A stretch of 63,393 nt of DNA, filler included, from Licmophora abbreviata (Eukaryota), in NCBI GenBank assembly GCA_900291995.1. It is 14 parts of 14 records of this genome, joined end to end, with 100 filler letters (N's around TTAATTAATTAA, not from the genome) between each part and the next. Parts side by side here need not be neighbours in the genome. Positions count along the whole stretch, not along the records: positions 54,878 to 63,393 come from OLMU01004619.1; 13 more parts are not named here. The stretch is one strand, 5' to 3'. The position numbers were made by a program, and so were the translations under genes. The notes below the pieces were generated by a model, which worked only from the letters and a program-made list of their open reading frames with translations, was not told where the DNA came from and searched no databases. Positions 55,353 through 63,393 of the stretch are shown piece by piece (positions within the stretch are counted from its first letter, which is position 1; every line of letters starts with the position of its first letter).

Positions 55353-58300
55353 ATGCTATCCTCGAATACGAAGATCCCGTCAGCTCCATTATCCTCGGGG
55401 AGCCGTTCTCGCTCTACTGGTAGTAGTACGAATCATCATCCTCGACAGCCCAAAAGTCGACGTTCCCGCTACAAGAGCGCCCGAGGTGTTGCTGCTGCTG
55501 CTCCACATGATGTACAGTGGACACGAGTCAAGATCGCATGGGTCTGTGCCGGTGCCGTGCTGATGGGAATCTTTACTCTCACTCCGATTTTCTTACTGGA
55601 ACGAGTGAACGACACTACTGCTACTTCGAAAAAGAGTCACGTGGGTCTTCACTCGCTCCTGCGTACCTCCCAACAAGTACGAGACACCATTGCAAACTCT
55701 TCTTTTTCCATGCATTTCGTGGAAGAACGAGTCGAAGATATATGGCATCAAATGTTACGACAACCACCGATTCAGGAAGATGAGCATGAAGACTTGCATA
55801 TGGATGTAGGAGTCGATGCGGGCGAACGAGGAGGACATGAAACAGACGAGAAAGAAGAGGAGAAAGAGGATGAAACCGAGGAAGGCAGAGATGAAGAAAA
55901 TAGCCCCAAAGCGCAGAAACCGTACAAGAGTGCCGAAAAGCTGGAGAAGCAAGCATCCGTGACACTGTCAAAAATAGACACTCCTACGACAGTCTCGTGC
56001 GATACGACAGACAATCGAGGCTACTCGGTGTGTGCTCGAGGTGTAGCAGGCTTGCCCATGTCGGAAACACCAGCCTTGGTAGGTGCTCGCAGAGGACGAA
56101 TCGAGACGTGTGACAAGAACAACCCATCGTCGGCAACTACTGCTATTGGTAGTACGCTAGACGACTTGGTCTACTGGAATGACCCTCCGGGAACCACCGA
56201 TGTCGAATTTACGAGTCCCTTCTGGATGTCCTCTCGGCAACGCCATTCTCATACTTCCAGATTCCTGGTCTTTGAACCTGATCCCGGTGGATGGAACAAC
56301 ATACGCATGAGTATGGAAAATCTGTTCGTCTATGCAGCTGTCACGGGACGAACGTTGGTGTTGCCTCCCAAGCAGCCTCTCTATCTGCTGGGTATGGGAG
56401 CTCAGGGGGCGAGGGGCTTTGGGAGCTTTTATAACTTGTCCAAGATTGCTGAGCGCGTGACAATGATTTCCATGGTGGACTTTCTTAAGGAGCACGGAGA
56501 AGACTTGTTGGAATTGAGTAAGGAAAAAGTCACGGCACTCACCCCTCTCGCGGAAATGTGTCTCTACAAGGAAAATGATCCAAGGCATTGCGATATTTTG
56601 TATCAGCACTTTCGTGACAAGGGCATGCAGCCACAGTTGGAGGCAACCAAGAATTGTTTGGTCTTTGATGAGGATGTCTTTCGATCGGGTACGACCGACG
56701 ATCTGGCGCCGGATTTGAAGCATCGTATCGAGAACTTTTGTGGGGTGCGTCCGTGTGCGTGCTGTGGTATGGACGATGTCCATGATATGACTCGTCTCAT
56801 GTGTGGCACTGGTTCATTTTGTTGATGTATTGTTGCTGTGCTGATTTCTCAGGATGCTCGCACAGCAGTTTACTATACAGACGATTTGCATCATCCACCG
56901 CTGCTCCATTGGGAGGCGTCCTCGTTGGACTATCGATTGCTCAATCACTTTTACTCTTTCTTGTTCTTTACAAATCCCGCCACGGACAATCACTACAAAC
57001 GTTTCGTCCGAGACTATTTACATTACACGGACGAAATCTTTTGTGCTGCCGGCAAGATTGTCGAGGCTCTTGGGGATGACTTTTCGACTCTGCACATTCG
57101 ACGTGGAGACTTTCAATACAAAGAAGTCAAGCTGTCAGCAGAAGAGTGGTACAACAATACCAAGGAACTGTGGAAGCCTGGAGAAGTCCTATACATTTCC
57201 ACCGATGAAGGCAACAGAACGTGGTTCGATCCGATCGCTGCGCACCACCCTATCAAATTCCTGGACGACTTTGAAGACGTGGTGGACTTGGGCGACCTTG
57301 ATTCATCGTATCTCGGAATGATCGACTCAATCATTGCCAGTCGAGGGCGTGTCTTTGCTGGAACGTGGTTCTCAACGTTTACGGGGTACATCAATCGTCT
57401 TCGAGGATACTCGGGTAGGTCGATGAAGGACTCGTGGTATTCGTTTCTGCCCCGCAAAACGGCTGTGCATGAATGGCAGGCTCCCAATGGAAACCATCAT
57501 GCGCGAGAGTGGCCTGTCGGCTGGGTGGGTATCGACGGTGAGCAAGTCGTGGAGAAGGAGGGCTCGGTTGTGGCATCGGCGACTGGTTCCGACGAGATGG
57601 CACTTAGTAAGACGGTTCGTACAACAATAGCGCACATGAGATTTTGAGTGCTTGGAAGTTGGAAACGATGGATCGCTCACTCAATGTACCCTCGCTCGGA
57701 TGTATATCTGTTTCCACTCAGGTTCCGGAGGTGACCCTGTCAGATCTAAAACACGACACCGATTTCATGTCAAGGCCGATGGCACGAGGAGTCGCTGGAA
57801 GGCCAATGGCTGAAACTCCAGCACTCGAGGGCGGTTCTCGGGCTCATATTCAATGCGATGTAAACGTGGACTCAATGGCGTACTTTAATGATCCACAGGG
57901 CCTTCGAGATTATCAGTTCAAGTCGCCGTTTGCTGTCAAGGTATGTTAATGCCAGTGTGTGAACGATCCTTGGTGTCTACCAGGACTGTTGTCTCACGTC
58001 TCGTGGGTGCCCCCTCCCGCTTTTTCTTCTCTACAGAAAGATACCAAGTATATTTCGTTCACAGCTGATCGCGGCGGCTGGAACAATGTAAGCGGGCAGC
58101 CAATTCTTCTTTCTTTCAAAGAGATTGTCACTGCGTTCATCTTCTCACGCTTACCACTTGTCACTTCGTAGGTTCGCATGAGTATGGAGATTATTTTTGT
58201 TATCGCTGCAGCATCAGGCCGAACGCTCGTGCTACCTCCCGAACAAAATATGTACCTATTACATGTAAGTTGAAATTCTTTTTGTGTGAGCTCGACAGCT

Positions 58301-59683
58301 CTCTTGACACCCTCGCGTCGTTCTCACACTGTCACCTGCGTTTAACCAATAATAGCACGACAAGGGTAAGCGTCATCGTGGTTTTGCAGACTTCTTCCCG
58401 CTCCATACGTCCGATTTTCAGTCGCGCGTTCCCGTAATATCTTTTGAGGAGTTTGTGAAGCTCGAAGGAGGTCAAGAGGGTCGCCTGCCGATCCCAGAAG
58501 AGAATCGGAAGGCAGTACAGGATGCGTCGCAGCACTGTGAGAAGAGAGCGAAGAGTGAGTTTGTGGGGAATGAAGCGTACCGTACCACTCCTTTTTCTAC
58601 TTTCTCATTCTGAAGCTCTTACATGTTGTCCTATATCGTGTTTCTTCTCACATGACACAAGGCGTCAATGCATGTCAGCCGGTCGAGGATTATTTGGCTT
58701 CCGTCGGCCACTCGCCACCGTTCCGAGCGCACGATGGCTGTGTGGTCTTCGACGAGGACGTCTATGAAGGACGAGAGATCACTCCTGCCCATCGCATTGC
58801 CGTCAGTGATTTCTGCGGGGTAAGTTTATGAGAGCCATCGTTGTTGTTTGTATTGCATCTTTGCTTATCAAAATCTTTGCAAATCCTTGTTCTTGGATAC
58901 CTGTCGTTCGCTATCAACTCATAGAACCGCACCGTCGGATACTGGGACTCTGATGTACAGGAGCATGTACTGGTCCACTTTCGAGCCGGGGAAAAGCAGT
59001 ATCGCCTCCTGACTCATTTCTACAACTTTCTCTTGTTCACCGACCCGGCTATTGATCACTACTTCAAACGCTTTGTCCGAGACTATTTGCATTACCATGA
59101 TTCCATCTACTGCGCCGCCGGAAAGATTGTCAAGGCGCTGCAGAAGGAAGCTCAATCCCATGGATTTAGTGTTGACGAAGATGGGGCTGGCGGTTTTTCA
59201 TCGATGCACATTCGACGCGGTGACTTTCAATACAAAAAAGTCAAGATTCCCGCCGAAGAGTGGTACAACAATACAAAGGAAATTTGGCTCCCCAACGAGA
59301 TGTTATACATTGCTACTGACGAACGAAACAAGACTTGGTTCGATCCGATTGCCGCACATCATACCTTACGATTTCTCGACGACTATTGGGACATGGTGGG
59401 CCTCGGCGACTTGGATCCCAACTACATGGGCATGATTGACACGATCGTCGCCAGTCGCGCCCGAGCATTTGCCGGTACTTGGTTCTCAACGTTTAGCGGG
59501 TACATAAACCGAATGCGAGGGTACCACGGCATGAGTATGAAGGATTCGTGGTACTCGTTCCTGGAGCGAAAGACTGCTATACATGAATGGAAACCGGTCC
59601 CGAAGTTCGTTTATGCATACGAGTGGCCATCCGGATGGGTTGGAATCGACTCGGACGAATGGCCCTCCAAAGATAAGTTCTAG
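55353..59683 (+). CDS. Type II membrane protein with two tandem GDP-fucose O-fucosyltransferase (O-FucT/POFUT2-like) domains; 8 exons
   Basis: Exons 55353-56744, 56853-57614, 57722-57940, 58037-58087, 58172-58264, 58356-58554, 58662-58819, 58925-59683, all GT-AG and in frame. Each half has GGWNN(I/V)RMSME, GRTLVLPP, HIRRGDFQY, YI(S/A)TDE and FAGTWFSTF. Confidence 0.9.
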
Positions 59684-60231
59684 CTCTAGTAGGTGCAAGA
59701 GTGAGTGTTTGCTATGGTTCTATTGCTACAGCGGAATTATTTGTGGCTTTGGTAGCGCGCTCTGGGGATGATGGTCGCGATGGCTCCCAGTTGGACAAGA
59801 ACAAGCTGTCCTCTAGATAGCTAGGGTTGCCATCGAAAGATCGAAAGATGACCATAAACAACCGATAGTGAGGTATCAGATGGTTGGTCATGAAGCCGAA
59901 TGAATGCACGAGGCATCGTTTGAAAGCTGTGTCATCGTGAGCTCTGGTGGCATAGAAGAATGTTGCATGTAGCTCGAATGAAGTGATCGGTGGAAAGTAT
60001 CTTTGGCTCTGCTGGTCCATTCAGTACAAGTTTCTACGTGTACTGCCAAACGCTGTATACAGCGTATTTTAAGTCTTCTTCCCGTCTGTTTCGGGAATCT
60101 GTAAAAGCTCGTCAAGCAACTGATTACGATGATGTCTGGTATGAACAGTGAGCAAAGGATTTTGTCGTAGGACGCTTGTTTTCTGCTTGGCGTTTGGGCT
60201 GTTCTGGTTTGCACTACGTTTCCAGGCACGC

Positions 60232-62722
60232 ATGAGGACCGCTTCCACCCGCCTGATCGCAGGTCTCGCCCTTTTGCTCCTGCTTTTCCTCCCGACAATA
60301 TGCACTGCAGTCTTCAATTTCGAAGTCGAGAAACGCGTGACAGAACGTCTTTCTGAGTATCTTGGCAACCTTGTCGATTCGAATGAGTTTGTGGCCAAGT
60401 ATCGTGCGCACGGGGGCTTTCTGCGTGACGGCTTAGCACCAGACCGCGATGCCTACCTCAAAATAGCCTACAGTCTGCCACACCCGTTGATCTACATGGG
60501 CTTTGAGGATGGCACCGTCGCCGGATACTACCATACTGTGGCGAGCAATACTACGTACGGCATCTATCGGGAACCTGGAGAGTCGGGTTACGCACCAGAC
60601 GACGCTAGTATGCAGAAACACCTCAAATCTTGCTTCAATCTTACGGGGTCACCTCAAGACTGTATCATGCAACCTCAGGCTCCGTTCATCGAATGCGTTG
60701 ACGACTGTAAGTTGGTAGCGTGCCCAGATGAAAGCTCCCAGCAAAACTGTTCGCTGGCTCTGCTCTCGGAAGAAGAAGCAGAGTCTTGCGAACGCAACAA
60801 GAAGTGGTGTCCGAACTATGAATACTTGCAAGCTCCAACAGACAAGCCGGTTGGCTTTATTCCTTCCGTCTTCTTTTGCTTCGACGGCAATGGCACCTTC
60901 TCGCAAGAGCCTGATGACGTTATCAACGGCGTGGGCGGAGATGGCACTGTAGACAAGAGCACCTGCCACTACTTTCAACAGGCCGCTTTTCCGCCCATTC
61001 AACAGGATCGCAACCTCACCGCAGACTACGCCTACTGCGGTGGTGATGGTCAAGTCTGTAGTAATACCTTTGACGGGGGGAACCTCTTCCTCGACTTTGA
61101 TCCTCGGCTGTTTGAAGGCTACATTGCGACTAAGAAGCTACAGTTACCAAACTGGTCCCGTCCACATGAAGTGGGCAATCGTGAAATCGGTTTTACCCAT
61201 TCTCAGCCTCTCTACTCCGTGTTTGGAGGGAAGACGGTCTTTGCGGGTGTAATTGGCATAACATATTCGAGTAAGTATCGTGACTGTGCGCCCCTCCGAA
61301 AACAACTGTCTCGTATGAAACTTCAGCTGAATCGATTGCTCATGCACGCTGTGCACCACTTTTCCATTGATTCCGACATCAGATCATGCGATTGTGGAGT
61401 TTCTGTTGAGCTCATACGGAAACTCTACCCTGTCTGTCGTCATCTATGAAGATCTAGAGCCGAACTACGTAATCGGCACATCTAGCGGTAGCGACGCTGC
61501 GAAGAAAGTCTATGTAGACGATGAAACTCGCAACTGCGAGATTGGGGACCTTCTAGAATGCAAGGCGGTGCGTGTGAAGATGGCAAATCTGGAAGGCAGT
61601 GAGATGGACCCGATTCAGGTGAGGGCATTTCTGGCGCAGAAAGAAGCCAACTATCCTCAAGCTCTGGTTCCTGTAAAGAGCTCCGACGACGTCGATTCGG
61701 AACTTTTTATATCCCAGTCTTCGCTGTTCGACGGCGCAGGTCCGAACCTGAGGTGGCGTGTCATCGTAACCTCGCCAGCAGACAAGGGTATCTCGGATGA
61801 CATTCTCGTGGGCGATCCGTTGTTTGTTGTCCTCTGTGTTATTGGTGCATTGGGCGTTGTGGTTTGTGTGGTCCTGTTCATCCTGTTTTACAGGCAGCGC
61901 AACGAAAGAGCTGTGATATTTTCCGACTTTCGCTTTACATGCGCTTTCATCCTAGGCTGCGCCCTCATGAATACGTCATCGTTTACGGAGTTGGGCAAGA
62001 ACACAGATGCGACGTGTATGATGCGTATGTGGGCGTTTCATTTCTGCTTTGCCCTCGCTCTCGCTCCGCTGTTCGCAAAAAATTGGAGAATGAAGAAGCT
62101 CGTTGGTGGCAGTCGCATTGAAAGAGTATCTATCAGTCATGCGCAGGCGGCTTTGTATACCTTGCCAATCATTTTGACGCAGATCGCGCTTCTAACGATC
62201 TTCACGATTGTCGATCCTTCCAAACAAACGGAGAACCTTGATATTGACGAGGGGTCTGTTTCCCAGCACATTGTTTGCTCTCACGACACAGACGCATTCT
62301 TCATCGTCATGCTCGTCTTTGAAGGAGGACTCGTTCTCGTTGGTTGCGTTCTGTCGTACATGACTCGTAATTTGGATGAAAGGTTTGGAGAAAGCAGGCA
62401 GCTCTTTTTCGCAATGTACAATATTGCTTTCATTGCGATTGTAATCATCCTTTTGACAAGTCTCTTGGGCATCGAGCCGAATGCAGAGAGCTTGCTTCAG
62501 GTTGTTGGGGTGTTTTGGGGGTCGGTCTTCAGTTCTGCCGTTTTTGTTTTGCCGCGAATGATGCAAGCGCACGACGATCGCAACATGCAGAGACAGCGGT
62601 CTTTTGTGACAGTTTCGGGGCTTCCCAACCTTCAATCAAGTGTGAAGTTTGAAGAAACCAAACCAACCGAAGCTGGGAGCAGTGAAATGCTACGTATTGA
62701 CGATAGTACGAAGACTGCATAG
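60232..62722 (+). CDS. Class C (GABA-B-like, 7tm_3) GPCR with Cys-rich, Cache-like ectodomain (intron 61271-61382)
   Basis: Signal peptide; 7TM with CMMRMW, LFAKNWRM, CSHD, TRNLDERFGESRQLFFAMYN and VLPRM. A GTAAGT...CAG phase-1 intron joins the two ORFs. Confidence 0.88.
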
Positions 62723-63393
62723 TAATGGAGCTGTCTGTTGAATTGAAACTAGTAATTGAGCTCCAGTCGACTTTGCTTACATTTATGCAAGTGTGGCTCA
62801 GAATATCGCCACAGAGTTCTTCGGCAGCGACAGCTGCATTCGTGCACAATTGCTAGCATGTGCTCTTGCAAGGGAAGTTATAATTGGAGATGATCATGAT
62901 TGCTGGGGCACATCCTCACCGTCGTTGAGTGTCTGCTTTCGCCTGCAAGTGCTAGCTTTTGAGTATTAGCTACTCTGAAAGGTACGTTCCACTAAGGTAC
63001 GATTGAATCTCCAAGGTACCGGCGGTCGTAAGTCAGAGTCACATCAGTGGACACATCAGTTGACGAGTGTCCAAACTTGAGTTCTTCGGAGGAGCGCGCG
63101 AAACATGGCTTGAAAGATGCATCTGAGATGGAGTTCGTATTATCGGAACTGCATTCTTTAAGTATACTCCATTGCGTCCTTATTTAAATATATAGTTTTA
63201 TTAAAGTATATACAAACAATACAGCCCTTGGTACGTACATACTAATAAACTGCCAGCCCGCTGCGACTTTTTTGCTCCCATCGTGGAGGGCAAGTTCCCA
63301 AAACATCGCGTCTTGGCGAAGCAAAATGGTTCGTGAACCATTCATCCCTTGAGAACGAGCTGCGGCGCTCCGTTTACAGAACCCCTCCTTCGA

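Noticed and set aside
51086..59683. Fucosyltransferase gene cluster
   Set aside because: The two genes are separated by two gaps and a retrotransposon, so linkage and distance are uncertain.
63170..63393. AT-rich patch and short open frame at the window end
   Set aside because: Too short and truncated to assign.

Overview
Eukaryotic nuclear DNA, most likely from a diatom (probably pennate). Evidence: dense genes with short (mostly ~80-120 nt) GT-AG introns, several bipartite signal-peptide + 'AF' plastid-targeting sequences, a Ty1/copia gag-protease fragment, and diatom-like gene families. The window is a scaffold of 14 pieces joined by 13 artificial 100-nt linkers (44 N + TTAATTAATTAA + 44 N). 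At least two genes (RelA/SpoT homologue, Shaker K+ channel) run across linkers, so those pieces are in true order. About 30 protein genes are reconstructed, many only by splicing ORFs together by hand. Family calls come from motif recognition, not database searches. Top candidate: a gene (32777-35789, -) predicting a plastid- and thylakoid-lumen (Tat)-targeted protein in which four phage-structural-protein-like 'GxGY' repeats are fused to a mitochondrial-phosphate-carrier-type domain. It lies head-to-head with a plastid (p)ppGpp synthetase whose hydrolase motif is degenerate. Other highlights: a 6-nt microexon supplying the first residues of an EF-hand loop in a CDPK; a 19-nt microexon in a possible metal-homeostasis fusion protein; an internally duplicated O-fucosyltransferase with asymmetric introns; a class C GPCR with a Cache-like rather than Venus-flytrap ectodomain; and a membrane-anchored CLASP-like protein. 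Small frameshifts in FKBP and SDR genes are probably sequence errors. No CRISPR array, rRNA or tRNA was recognised.
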